Of a DNA stretch of 64,000 bases, positions 14,246 through 30,948 are shown in pieces. Source of the DNA: Eledone cirrhosa (taxonomy: Eukaryota); NCBI GenBank assembly GCA_964016885.1, contig OZ024759.1:30814001-30878000 (forward strand). The letters are read 5' to 3'. The first letter of the stretch is position 1. Every line of letters begins with the position of its first letter. The notes beneath the pieces are model-generated. The model ran no database searches and was not told the DNA's origin. It saw only the letters and a program-made list of their open reading frames with translations. The position numbers were made by a program, and so were the translations under genes.

Positions 14246-14989
14246 CAGACTTTAGACTTTTAGAATGGTTGGAGGTATAGTTAAGTCGGTGTGATTGTTT
14301 GTGGTGTAAGTTTATTGGTGCAATGGTTGGTGATATAGTTATGATGTTGTAATGGTTGTTGGTGTAGTTATTTTGCTGTGATGTTTGGTAATAAATAATT
14401 CTTCTTTGTTGTTGTTGCTGGTAATAACTGAAACAGCGGTGATTAGTTTCTTTCATTTCAAGCAATTTAATTTGTTTATTATTATTATTATTATTGTTCT
14501 TTGAGTCTCAGTCATTGATGTTAGTTAACTGGAAAGTTTGTTGAAATAAATACCAAACCACTACCTGTAAAACACCTACAAGTTTCAAAAAGCCGGTACG
14601 ACGCGATAGAAATATATAAAGGGCAAAGGATGACAAGTAAAACGAAATAAAGTAATGTTTTAACCAACACATTTCAACATAATATTTCAGGGCTAATACC
14701 CTCTACTCAATTATGAAGTAGAATCGGCTCAACTAACACTGTCCGTTTGAGGGGCTTCCAACCGATTTCCGTCTACCCATCTTTACTCATGAGATATGTG
14801 TCAATCTGAGGCTATTGTAAATACGACTTTCCCAACATGCCATCCGAAGGAACTCTAGATCTTATCATTTTAAAGCAAAATTCTTATCAACTCGTCCATG
14901 CAACGCCCAGTCTACGCCCACACGCAAACAATTCCAAGCATACACAGACGAAACGAACGCAAACAAATACGCATTTATAATTATTGTCT

Positions 14990-15225
14990 AATGGTTAAGT
15001 CTTAGGAAAGAATCACTGGACAGATTTTATGGGAAAAACTAACCAGCGGGGGACTCAGTGGTAGAGCTCCAGCAAGTTGTTTGGATAAGATCCATGAGCT
15101 TGACAGGTCTCGCTTAGGGAGCCAACCAGATCAGTTGAAGACAGTTGCTTCTGACAAGAAATGCTGGAAGGAATGTTTGAGGACTCTGCCCCCATGACCC
15201 TCTCTGGAATAATTGGGTGAAACAG
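14990..15225 (+). mobile_element. RTE LINE 3' fragment
   Basis: Homologous to 29355-29610 and 47290-47530. Confidence 0.7.
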
Positions 15226-15710
15226 AAAGGAAACAGATTAGGAGAAGTAAGAGGAGAAGGGGAGGAAGGAGAGAAAACTAGGAAGGAGACAGGAGAAGAC
15301 AGAAGAAAAAAGCAGATAAAAGAAGTGGGCGAAGAAGAAGTAGGAGGAGGTTTATTCTGGCCTAGTGTTAACTTATTCGTCCGCCTTCTTTAAGAATAGA
15401 ACAGAAGTAGATCAGTAGGATTGATGAATTAAATAAGTGAATATGTCTGCTCTGGACAATGTGATGATTTCCTTACTTTAATTGTGACTCTTAATAGTTT
15501 CCTAACGGGAACATTAACAACTACTGTGTATAAAGTTATATACAGACACACACACGTACGTCTGTGTATATATGTGGGCATATGTATATATATATATATA
15601 TATATGTATATGTATATGTATATATGTATATATGTATATATATATATATGTATATATATATATACACACACATACATATAATGTATATATTTATATATAA
15701 ATATATATAC

Positions 15711-15795
<85 letters not shown>

Positions 15796-15937
15796 GATTT
15801 TACGTATATAAACATATACATACATATAAGCATACGTATTTATTCATATACGTATATATAAGCATATGTATACATATATATACATATAAAATTATATATT
15901 ATATGTATATATATGTGTGTATCTATATCTATCCATA

Positions 15938-15980
<43 letters not shown>

Positions 15981-16507
15981 ACGTATATATATATGTATAT
16001 ATATCTAATATCTACGTGTATATATATGTGTGTGTGTGTGTCTATATATACGTGCAAGGATGTATATTCAAATGAGACGAAATTAAAATAAAACTAAAGA
16101 CAAAAAACAAGTAGCAACAAGAAATAAAAATAAAAGCTAACACGATTGGGAGATCAATTACTTAGCTTGATGATACGTGCCTTGAATCGTTAAATACACA
16201 CCTAAAGTGTATCCTAAATTATACACAGAAGCTAGTTATTCCACAACACCTCATTCTATTTTTCTTTAGACAAAGCTATTAACTTACTTCAAAGGTATAA
16301 TACTCAATCTCTAGCCATTTATTTAATGATAATATTCCCTCCTAAGTTTACACGGCAATGCGTTATTTGATTTTCACAACCTCTAATAAAAGAGTTGAAC
16401 GTCTTCTCCATATAGTTTACTATTCAAGATTTATGAGAGTTTTGTTATTATTATTACTATCATTGTTTTTATTATTTTCATTAATAATTATTACTATTAC
16501 GAGTAAT

Positions 16508-17110
16508 GGCGGTAGGTTGACAGTAATCGGTAGAGCATCGGATAAATGTGCTTTTCGGCACAGGGTTAAATGCACCCATTTGCGTTCTGAGTTCAAGTCC
16601 CGCTGAGGTTAGCTTGAGCTTTCATCCTTTCGGGGTCGATAAAATAAAGTACCAGTAATACATTGTCGATTTAATCGAAATTCACCTTCCCTTTTTAAAT
16701 TGCTGGCCTTGTGACATAAGCAAAACGGTGGATTAGCAGTATCGGTGGAGGGTCGGATGCCATCCTTTGCAGCGTCGAGTTAGGGCCCTTCACGTTCTGG
16801 GTTCAAACCCCGGTGAGGTTAGCTTTACGGCATCGATAAAATAAAGTACCAGTAATGCACTGGACTAATTGCTGGCCTTGTGCCTAAAGTAGAAACAATT
16901 ATTATTATAATTATTTGTGGATTGGCAGCATCGTTAGAGCGTGGGACAACATGCTTTGCAGCACAGAGTTACGGCTCTTTACGTTATCTTTGATTTTCAT
17001 CCTTACGGGGTCGATAAAATAATGTACCAGTTACGCTCTGAGGCCATTTAATCGACAGTCCCCTCCCCTTTTAAATTGCTGGCCCTGTACCACAAGGAAA
17101 AAACAATTAT
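16508..17110 (+). mobile_element. Three head-to-tail SINE family A copies
   Basis: gtcgataaaataaagtaccagt-like cores occur at about 16635, 16833 and 17010. Confidence 0.8.
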
Positions 17111-17226
17111 TTCATTAATAATAGTTGCAAATGATTTTAATGCTTTTCTTTCTGTTTCATTTCAATAGAAATAATTTGTTCTAGATATAAAAAGACATGT
17201 TCAGCCACTGTAGCGATTCATTGGTA

Positions 17227-18398
<1,172 letters not shown>

Positions 18399-18547
18399 GT
18401 TACTGTTATTAATGAAAATAAATATATAATGCTAAACATTAAACATAACAAAATAAATGCAAGAACTTAATAAAAGCCCGCAATATAACTAATTGGGTAT
18501 TAGTATGCAAAATACAATCTGGTTCTGGTAATATACAAATCTGGTCG

Positions 18548-19187
18548 TCTCAGTCTTCCACAATTTTACTGTTGAGGGAAAAAATGCTGAGATCTAAGCA
18601 AAAAAAGCGGAGTCTCAGTCTTCCACTATTTTACTGTTGAGGGAAAAATGCTGAGATCTAAGCAAAAAAGCGGAGTCTCAGTCTTCCACTATTTTACTGT
18701 TGAGGGAAAAAATGCTGAGATCTAAGCAAAAAAAGCGGAGTCTCAGTCTTCCACTATTTTACTGTTGAGGGAAAAAATGCTGAGATCTAAGCAAAAAAGC
18801 GGAGTCTCAGTCTTCCACTATTTTACTGTTGAGGGAAAAAATGCTGAGATCTAAGCAAAAAAGGGGAGTCTCAGTCTTCTACTATTTTACTGTTGAGGGA
18901 AAAAATGCTGAGATCCAAGCAAAAAAGCGGAGTCTCAGTCTTCCACTATTTTACTGTTGAGGGAAAAAATGCTGAGATCTAAGCAAAAAAAGGGAGTCTC
19001 AGTCTTCCACTATTTTACTGTTGAGGGAAAAAATGCTGAGATACAAGCAAAAAAAGGGAGTCTCAGTCTTCCACTATTTTACTGTTGAGGGAAAAAATGC
19101 TGAGATCCAAGCAAAAAAAGGGAGTCTCAGTCTTCCACTATTTTACTGTTGAGGGAAAAATGCTGAGATCTAAGCAAAAAAAGGGAG
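18548..19187. repeat. Tandem repeat of about 64 bp, about 10 copies
   Basis: Unit tctcagtcttccactattttactgttgagggaaaaaatgctgagatctaagcaaaaaa(a)g(c/g)ggag. Confidence 0.95.
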
Positions 19188-20559
19188 GTAACCTGGACAA
19201 AACAACAAAAATAGCCAAATGAATTTTGGGACAATTTTAACTTCGTAATTTCATCATTTCCTTATCTTCTCATTAGAGCCTATTGTCTTTTATAATTTAT
19301 GACACTAGACATTTTTTTAACATGCTGTCGCGTATGTGTATATATGTGTGAATGTTCATATGTATATATTTATATGTAGATGTATATAAATATGAAGGCG
19401 CAATCGCAGACACACTTACAAAAATACACACTCACATATATACATTCACACAATCATAGAAACACACACACTCACACAAACACACATACACACACACATA
19501 CATTGACACAAACACACACACATACATTCACACAAACACACACATACATCTACACAAACACACATACATACATTTATACAAACTCAGCCATACATTCACA
19601 CAAACACACACACGTACATTCACACAAACACACACATACATAGATTTACACAAACTCAGACATACATTCACACAAACACACACACATACATTCACACAAA
19701 CACACACACAGATACATTCACACAAACACACACACATATATTCACAAAAACACACACAAATACATTCACACAAACACACACACATACATTCACATAAACA
19801 CACACACATACATACACACAAACACATACACACACACAAGCAGACATACACAAACATATACAGACACAAACACATACAGACACACACAAGCACATACAGA
19901 TATAAATACACACATACAAACACACACAAGCATACATACACATACATATACAGACACAAACACATACAGACACACACAAGCACATACAGATATAAATACA
20001 CACATACAAACACACACAAGCACACACATACATATACAAACACAAATATGCACACAAACATACACACATACATACAAACATACACACATACATACAAATA
20101 CATACATATACAAATACACACTCATCCAAATATATGCATATACAAATACACACACACATGCACACACACATAGAAATACACACACAAAGAGTAAAATTAA
20201 ATTTTTACTAGCAATAAGTGCGGTTTCTATGATTTTTACCGAGCTTGGAGCGATGAAACACAATTTTTATTAAATTTGCATTTCATTGAAATAATTTGAG
20301 GTCAACAAAATATAATATTTCTCCAGAGGCTACCGCTGTACTAAATATGCAATATGTTGCGATGCATTGGTGTGCACCAGCAACTACTCATGGTCCGCAG
20401 TTCGATTATGGCATTTAGAATTTGTCTGATCAAAAATATTGGTTATTTTTATGATCAGTGTGTGAATATAAAAACGATCACTTGACTGTATGACTGAAAG
20501 CAAACGATACATTTAGGAAAACAACGATCAAAGCGCTGATTTTTGTCGTTCTTATTACT

Positions 20560-21000
20560 GTTGTTGAACCTCGTCTCAACCCTGATAAAGCACATCTCTG
20601 ATCAAAGATAAAACTACAGTGACCATCTTGTTCAGGTAATTTTTAAACTCTATGTTAAATGCATGGTATAAAGAACTGATTTTATGTAGAACACATATAA
20701 TGTAGCTTAATGGTTTTGTCGTTCTCTCAACCCTGATAAAGAACATCTCTAATCAAAGATAAAACTACAGTGACCATCTTGTTCAGGAAATTTTTAAACG
20801 CTATATTAAATATATGGTATAAAGAACTGGTTTTATGTAGAACTCATATACACGTAGCTTAATGGTTTTGTCGTTCCTGTTACTGTTGTTTAACTCTCAC
20901 AAAGAACATCTCTGATCAAATATAAAACTATAGTGATCATCTCATTTAGGAGATTTGTAAACGCGGTGTTAAGAATATTAGATTTGTTTTCAACACACTT
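20560..21000. repeat. Diverged tandem duplication, about 2.5 units of 150-170 bp
   Basis: catctct(g/a)atcaaa(g/t)ataaaacta(c/t)agtga recurs at about 20593, 20743 and 20907. Confidence 0.75.
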
Positions 21001-21017
21001 ACACGTATGTGTATATA

Positions 21018-21089
<72 letters not shown>

Positions 21090-21364
21090 CATACATTTAT
21101 ATGTATGAATATATAAATATAAACTCACAAACACAGGCACACTTACAAAAATATACACTCACAGACATACATTCACACAAACACACGCACATACATTTAC
21201 ACAAACACACACATACATTTATACACAGCGTAGCAAATGGAATACCAGCCACTGTTTTGCTATAGCTTTTTCACCATCGCCTTCCTTTATGTTCAGCAGA
21301 TTTCTTCTAGAGAAAGATAAAAACAAAGAGAGAAAGAGGAAATGAAAACGATATATGAAGGAAG

Positions 21365-21525
21365 AATCGACCCCAGTACTAGACTGGTACTTTTTTTTAT
21401 CGAACTGGAAAGGATAAAAAGCACAGTTGACCTCGACGGGATTTGAACTCAGAGAGCAGAGATCCGGAGCAAATACCATAAAACATTATATCCGACGTTC
21501 TAATGACTCTGCCAATTTACCGTCT
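21365..21525 (-). mobile_element. SINE family A, diverged
   Basis: Contains tcgaccccagt...ctggtact...atttgaactcag. Confidence 0.7.
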
Positions 21526-21920
21526 TATGTCTATATTACACTGGTAAAAAGCAGAACGTGTTTCAAAGAAACCATTTCATTTATGTACACAAGAAATTGG
21601 AGTAATTCCCATATATTACGCAATAGATCACAGTCATTCTGCAGATATAACATTGAAATATTGTATAGTCTATTAGTTATATGAGAAAAAATAAACACAC
21701 ATCTCAAGTATTTGAATATCACGATAGAATTATTTGAAAGGTTACAACAGAATACCAAGAATTCTGGAGCCGTTAATGGCAGGTCTTTTTATAAATCATG
21801 CATATATATAGATTTAATTTGTGAGCTAATATTATTGCATATGGCAAAAAGGTTTACAAGATAAAATTATCCGTCTTGAAGTAGGATGGAAAGGACAAAA
21901 TGTATATATTTATTTATATA

Positions 21921-21989
<69 letters not shown>

Positions 21990-22054
21990 CTTATATATAT
22001 ATATATATGTCCTATATATATATATATATAATACTAATATATACCTATCTCTCC

Positions 22055-22104
<50 letters not shown>

Positions 22105-22306
22105 AATAAGCATGGCGAGAAAAGAAAATATTTGAATTAAAGTTACATTGGATGGGTATCGCAAGTTTGTTATATAAAAGGACTCTTGAGAAACATAAAT
22201 TATATAAAATAATATCAGCCTGTCCTGCATTTTCATAATACATTGTATAGATTCTCAGAACTGTATAGATGCTGAAAATATAACGCAGAACGCACACAAA
22301 CATATA

Positions 22307-22385
22307 TACAGGGTGTCGACAAAGGCACTAGTCAATTGTATACATATATATTCGTATCAAATTGTCTATTGACTTTATGGACACC

Positions 22386-22390
<5 letters not shown>
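22307..22390. mobile_element. Tiny Tc1/mariner-type MITE
   Basis: Imperfect TIRs TA-CAGGGTGTC...GACACCGTG-TA. Confidence 0.5.
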
Positions 22391-22460
<70 letters not shown>

Positions 22461-22532
22461 AAGAAAAAGAGATGAAATCGAAAATGCAACTGGAGTCTTA
22501 TTTTTTTTTTAAATATATATATTTATTTGGTT

Positions 22533-22570
22533 CCTTTACCGGTTTCGCAGTTCTTCTGCTTTTCAAAAGG
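22533..22570 (-). ncRNA. Minimal type I hammerhead, U3-A8 core variant
   Basis: Minus strand reads CCTT-TTGAAAA-GCAG aagaa CTGC-GAA-ACCGGT-A-AAGG. All three stems pair and the triplet is GUA. Confidence 0.7.
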
Positions 22571-23073
22571 TGAGTTGAGATGGGGGGTCTGTGGTTTTTC
22601 TCAGATACGCTTCTGTATCTTTTATATCTCCATATTTAATTTATTTGGCAATCAATGTTTATCATTGATTGACCAACGGTTAAAAATATAGATATAAATA
22701 TATATAGTCTTTGAAAGTTCTTTCGTTGCACATCTGCGACATCATCAGTGGTACTATTATGTTTCCTCCCATTGTATTGTAATGTAATGTCTACGCTATT
22801 TTATATATATATATATAGTATATTTATGGTGATGTTGGGGTTTTCCAATATAGATCCTGGTAAAGACGAGAGAACCTCGTTGTTAACCAAATTCCTTCAT
22901 ACAGCACTAATTCAAAATCGGCTGAAGAATTTCCAAGCTGGTGAAGATTCTGTTGTAGACTATAAGGCTACGGGTTGCAGAGGTTAAAGTTTAAATATAT
23001 AAGAACCGTAGAGTTTCAGAAGATCTCATTAAGGGAGAAAGCAGCGATTCTTTGGTTAAACTTTAATCTGTTA

Positions 23074-23160
<87 letters not shown>

Positions 23161-23163
23161 GTG

Positions 23164-23209
<46 letters not shown>

Positions 23210-23426
23210 TGTATGTATGTATGTATGTATGTATGTATGTATATATATGAATGCATATATATATAAAGAGAGAGTGAGTGAGAAACATACGCGCATATAT
23301 ATACTATATATATATATAGACATATATATATGCATATATATATATATGTATATATATAGACATATATATATGTATATATAGTATATATATATATATATAT
23401 GTATATATATGCATATATATATATAC

Positions 23427-23554
<128 letters not shown>

Positions 23555-23636
23555 GTTATTCCGGGTTGAATCGGAGGTAACCACAGTAAGTAAGGTACTC
23601 AATACATAGCAGAGTATAACAGTTTTAATATAGATG

Positions 23637-23687
23637 AGATTCTACAGGACTAGAACTGTTTCATTCATTAGAAATCATCAGGAATCT
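23637..23687 (-). ncRNA. Type I hammerhead ribozyme (H1)
   Basis: AGATTC-CTGATGA-tTTC taat GAAt-GAA-ACAG ttctagtc CTGT-A-GAATCT. Confidence 0.75.
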
Positions 23688-23736
23688 GATTCCTGATGAT
23701 TTCTAATGAATGAAACAGTTCTAGTCCTGTAGAATC
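23688..23736 (+). ncRNA. Type I hammerhead ribozyme (H1)
   Basis: GATTC-CTGATGA(23693)-tTTCtaatGAAt-GAAACAG...CTGTA(23731)-GAATC. Confidence 0.75.
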
Positions 23737-23749
23737 TCATCTATATTAA

Positions 23750-23816
<67 letters not shown>

Positions 23817-24109
23817 TACACACACACTCGTTCTCGCTGCATTTGCTAATATCTATTACCTTCTTTATACTTGACAAAATGCTACGTTCATATTTAGTAT
23901 GGATGGCTAAAATTAAAGAGGATTAGTGTAGTGAATATGCAGCAATTAGCAACCTAGCTCTACCATACGTCAGCTTACTCATGACAAAATAATTGATTCT
24001 ATTTCACAAAGATGGCGGCTTTTCTTTCCTTATTCTTTACTCTACGTCAGTTCAGTTCATAACCAACTTACTCACATTTTATACGCTCACTTTGAAGATA
24101 TATCTAGTT

Positions 24110-24932
<823 letters not shown>

Positions 24933-25304
24933 CAAAAACCAGTAGCGGTTATTCGTAATTGGGTTTGAATGTAATATATTAATTGAACATATCATTTTCA
25001 CTCGATCTAGTCATATGTAATTGGTTATAGAATTATATTAAATATTGAATTATAAATATAGGCCGTTAGTTCTCAAGATTTTCAGAAGAGAAAGATTGAT
25101 AAGAATTTTTGATATTCTTTGATATTTAAGCATTCTCCAACATATCTATTAACTATCTATGGAAGCTCTATAAAATTGTTGTAAAGTTTTATGTTAAAAG
25201 TATAGAACATTTTAATGTATGAAACGTATAATGTCATTGCTTTCATGTATTTCTGAAGATTATAAACAGTCGAAATATTTTTTGTTTCTGTACATAGATT
25301 ACGA

Positions 25305-25445
25305 AGGCGTTAGAACGTGGGATAGAATATTTTGAGGAATTAGTTTCGTTTCTCTTCTCACTGAGTTCAAATTCCGCCGATGTCAATTTTGTCTTTCCGC
25401 GATTCAAGGTCGATAAAACAAAAAACCAGTTTATTGCTGTGGTCC
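25305..25445 (+). mobile_element. SINE family A, diverged
   Basis: Contains ctgagttcaaattccgccga...ggtcgataaaa. Confidence 0.6.
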
Positions 25446-26309
25446 CTCCTTCCTCTCTATATCTTTCTCACTTCCATTCCTTCTCTGGAAGAAGTCTTCT
25501 GTATTAAGGCCTGGGTAGGAAATGAGCTCCGATAGGTTTTAATATGCCGTAGAACGTCTGTATGTCACTACAGCGCCCCAACATCTTTCCCAGGAGGTAT
25601 GGGACCATGCATACATCCATAGTTTGATTTTATTAAATTTGAAATTACAGCAGATCTATTTAACGCTATACTTGTCTGTGTATAGTATAAACAGATGTTT
25701 GATATTATAGTTTCTGTTATTAGGAATATGTTAAAACGGCTAAAGAAAGAATCACTCGACAAATTTTATAGTCGAAACCAACCGGTAGGAAACACAGAAT
25801 GAGTCCCTGAGTATGATGTTTGGATAACATTCAATAGCTCAGCTGATTTTATTTGGGGATACAGCCAGATTAATTGAAGACGTTGGCTTCTGACAGGAGC
25901 CGCTGGAAGGTGGTACAATGCGGTAGAAATATATGAAGCATAAATGATGACAAATAAAACAAAACAAAGTAATGATTTTACCCAATATATTTCAACATGA
26001 TTTCTCAGGACTATAACCCTGTTTTCAAATGTGAAACGAAAACTGTTTAAAACAAAAATGAACGATCGAAGTGAACCCCAAAAAATGTTGAATGTTTTTA
26101 ATTAAAGCCGCAATTGTGAGGAAATGTAATTATATCTTGTCTATTTGCTGTTAACTATCATACGATTATCATAGGAAACAATGAAATGTATTGTGGCCCT
26201 CGGCGGGATTTGAACGCAACGCATAACGTAGTGAGCGGGACTGAATACCGAAGCAATTCGTTTCCAAATCAGTTGTTAAGTGTTGATTTCTTGAAGAGTC
26301 ATAGAATAT

Positions 26310-26450
26310 AATTGTTTCTACTTTAGGCACAAGGCCAGCAATTATCCCAGTGTATTACTGGTACCTTATTTTATCGACCCCGTAAGGATGAAAAGCAAAG
26401 TTAACCTCGGCGGGATTTGAACTCTACCGATACTGCCAATCTACCGCTCT
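26310..26450 (-). mobile_element. SINE family A, internally deleted
   Basis: Contains aattgtttctactttaggcacaaggccagc...atttgaactc. Confidence 0.75.
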
Positions 26451-27499
26451 TTAGTCATAGAATATAATGCGTGCACTGTGTAGTAGCTGCAGCGAGAGAA
26501 ATAAATTCAATTCTGTGTGCGCTTGTCCTCTAACAGTAATTTCCTGTTAACGTCAGAAGCGTGCGGATGGGGGATCGATCCTAACAGCATTTGTTCCTGA
26601 CACATGTCAAGAATTTTAAATCTTTTATCTTCATTCAAAGAATCATTAGCATGTACGTTGAATAATATTTTTCAATTTTCTTGGTTATTAAACCACAATT
26701 GCGAAATCAAGTACGTTTATTTCATACCATATCCTCGACAATTTAGAAAATGAATCTTGCATTTCATAGCCAATAAATTCGGCCGATTATCCGCAAAATA
26801 CAACAGCATGACTAGTAATTGCATAATTGATGCTTTAGAGTAATATCATTGCTTTGATTAAAAGATTCAAATTTAATGTCTTCACAAAATACCAGGCAAG
26901 TAACAGTATAATACATGCAATTCAATTAACCAAGTATCTGAAAACGAATATAATCGACTAATGAGGCATTTTAAAATAATGTAGTCGCGAAACAGGCATA
27001 AAATATTGATATATTCCTCATGATAAAAATTGCGAAAGGTTTTGTTGCATATATTTTTGCGTCATAGTTATGCAGACGTATTATTTTTTGCATAAAATTT
27101 GGCTGATGTTATTTTGGATAAAAACGGTTGTATTTTTTATGTTGATGTTGGTGTTGATGTTAATGTTTCTGTTGTTCATAGTGAATATTTCTTTATTGAT
27201 ACCATACGAGGTATTGTTTTGGTTATTGCCAACGTAATTTATTTCTTCATTTTTTATACACTATTGGTAAAGTTAGATGGAATACAAGTTTCACTGCAGT
27301 TGTTACCGCTTTATTTTATGTTGCTTCAGCTGTAGAAATGAATAGCGATATCACTAGTCTCTAGTTGTATTAACAATTACCTTTCTCTTCGATGGTGTAT
27401 ATATATAATATATAGTGCATATATACTGTATATATGAGTTGGGATTTCATTTCTCCCAAGCTGTATTGGCCTTTGTCTTTCCCTTGGACAACATCATAT

Positions 27500-28066
<567 letters not shown>

Positions 28067-28774
28067 GAATCGCGACGTCATTGGGACCAATTTTTATCAC
28101 ACTTTGCCTTTCCCTTGGAGGACATTGGTGATGTTAAGTGGAGGAGACTGGTATACACGGGCGACAGTTGGCTTTCCACAAAAACACCTTCCACGTGCTT
28201 GTACCTCGGAGGCGAACTTTCTAGGTGCAACTCCCATGCTCATTCGTGAACGAATACGGTCTTTACCTTTTATTAAACAAACAAGCGTTTGGCTGTAAAT
28301 ATTTTTAATCTATTATCATATCATAGTTATCGCAGTAGCCGTGTGAGAACGTCAGACATCTAGAGACTCGTGTACGTTTATTATATATAAACAAATGTTA
28401 TACCCCTTTATATAAACCTCTAATAAGAATCATGCCATATGCTATGTTATTGCTACTGATAGTTATTCTGATATCTTGAGATTCGGATGAAAAGAGAAAA
28501 ACAAGATAATTATATAGTATACAGAAAACTAATGCAAAATAAGATCAGAATGAACAGAAAATTGGACAACGTAACTGAAGGTTATTACATCTGAGTGGTT
28601 ATAAAAAGTACAGAGACAAGGATGAGAAAAACCGCAGCTACACATTTAGAATGGATTGAAAGACAACACTTATGAAAACATTGCAATCACCCATCAAACA
28701 ATTCGTTTACAAGAGATATATCACATACAGTCGAACATTTATTATACATAGCCAGCAAATATAAAGAATTGGAA

Positions 28775-28880
28775 ATATCCCGCCGAGGTTAACTTTGCCT
28801 TTCATCCTTACCGGGTCGATAAAATAAAGTACCAGTAATACACTGGGCAATTGCTGGTCTTGTGCCAAAAGTAGAAACAA
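28775..28880 (+). mobile_element. SINE family A 3' part
   Basis: Contains cccgccgaggttaactttgcctttcatcc...gtagaaacaa. Confidence 0.75.
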
Positions 28881-29354
28881 ATATATTACATCACCCATCT
28901 AGATACAAAATACTTCTTACTGGTACAGATGTATTGTTGATGTTACTTTAAATCGGTCAGATATCGAGAAAAAGAAAGTAGTATTGGAAAAGACTATAAA
29001 TGTCATAAATGAGAGGAAAAGAAGGAGAGACAGGACTACTAGACATAGGAAGAAAGAAAAGGGGAAGGAAGACGGTGACAAGCCCTACAGCTAGGTCAGA
29101 GCAGTGTTTCGGCTGCGCCCCGCCGATAAAAATGACAAAGGCATTTGGGATTCGATAGGCTGTGACATGTTCTCCGCATCCAGTTTAGTCTCCTCGGTCA
29201 CAAACCCCGATACCACGACCTGCAATGCGGAGGACAGGAAGAGAAGCAAATACTGGGGTTTGTCCAGCCGCTTCTTCTTTGCACCGGTCGCCGTCGGGGC
29301 CTCAAGCATCCTCGGACCCCGGACAGCTCACCTCCTCTTTAAAATCGGATCGAT

Positions 29355-29610
29355 AGGATACTATAGTCATGTGGTTACAATATCCCAGGAAAGAATCGTT
29401 GGACAGATTTTACGGGAAAACCAAACCGGCAAGAGACCCAGAGGTAGACCCCGAGCAAGATGATTGGATAACATCCACAAGCTTGGCTCGTCACGCTTGG
29501 GGATCCAGCCGGATCAGTTGGAGACGGTTGTTTCTGATAGGATCCGCTGGAATGGATGTTTAAGGACCCTGCCCCCATGGTTCTCAGGAATAAGTGGGCG
29601 AAGAAGAAGA
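29355..29610 (+). mobile_element. RTE LINE 3' fragment with (GAA)n tail
   Basis: YYSHVV..SQERIVGQIL....GKRPRGRPRAR*LDNIHKLG..RLGIQPDQLETVVSDR, ending in gggcgaagaagaaga. Confidence 0.8.
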
Positions 29611-30781
29611 GGTATACAAACATACAGAAAAAGAGAGAAGTATTGGAAAAGCCTATAACTACCATTAAATTAGAGGAAAATGAGGGGAAGAATAACAGCC
29701 ACTACTAGACAAAGAAAGAAGGAAAGGGGGAAGTGTTTGAAGGTGAAGTGGGCGAAGAAGAAGAAGGATCTGAACTGAAAATGCAAAAGAATGAAAATCA
29801 TCATAAACAACTGGCTTCCTGTTCTCTGTACATTTGTGACAATGGACTAATGTTAGAAATCAGCGTAAATGTTATTTATGCTAATATTTAAGTATATTTT
29901 TATAAGTTACACTTTACTAGTTTCCATTCAATTTACCTTGTATAGAAATCATAGGAAGTTTTAAATCAGGACAACAAATTACACCTGACTATTATATTTG
30001 ATTTGATAGTGTGAATGTAAATAATTTAAACTTTGAAATACTCGGATACCAAAATAAAAACGTTATTATGTTGAATTAGAATATTTATATAGTCTTATAC
30101 AAAATGTCTGTTTATGAGCTATTTCCATTTTCCATTTTCAATTTTAAGTTTTCAGTGATTTTTATATATTGTATGATTATTATTTTTTTCCTTTTATCCA
30201 CTGACATAAATATGATATAAATATTAGAGTTGTTAAAGTGTACATATACAGACTCGAATCACTTGAAAACAGAACATTTTATAGAAAATGTGATAAAGCA
30301 AGTATTGCTTAGAACCAGTTCTTGCAAGACTCAGTGGTTGGGTAATTCTCATAGTAATCATCAGTTTGTGAGTTCGATACCGGAAAGTTATGTTAGCTTT
30401 ATTCTATTGGGCTTATCCACAACTTTTCGCCGGTTTTAGGGAGTTTTTCTTAGTTGTATGCTAACGGGCCTATACACAATTTTCCGCCTAATTTAAGGCT
30501 TTTTTTCTTAGCTTCCCACCAATGGGCTTAGCCACGAATTTCCGTCTAACTTTGATAAGTTTCGGCCAGTATTGACCCAGGCCATGTCTAACTTAATAGT
30601 ACCACCTATGACTAGGACAGAACAAAAGAGAGACACGAAATAAGAACCTAGTCACTGAAGAAGTCAGTGAATGTACAACCATCCGGTTATCGAACCAACC
30701 AACCAGAAATTTATAATAAATTAACGTGAAAACAGCAGGTGCGTGTGTTTTTATTGGTAGCATGACCCTCCCAAAGTATTA

Positions 30782-30812
<31 letters not shown>

Positions 30813-30816
30813 TATA

Positions 30817-30948
30817 GTTTTAATATAGATGAGATTCTACAGGACTAGAACTGTTTCATTCTTTAGAAATCATCAGGAATCTTTTATACTCTGCTATGTA
30901 TTGAGTACCTTACTTACTGTGGTTACCTCCGATTCAACCCGAAATAAC

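Noticed and set aside
18548-19187. CRISPR-like array
   Set aside because: No unique spacers, no cas genes, and a eukaryotic context.
25252-25280. CTGAAGA...GAAA motif
   Set aside because: No convincing stem I or stem II pairing.
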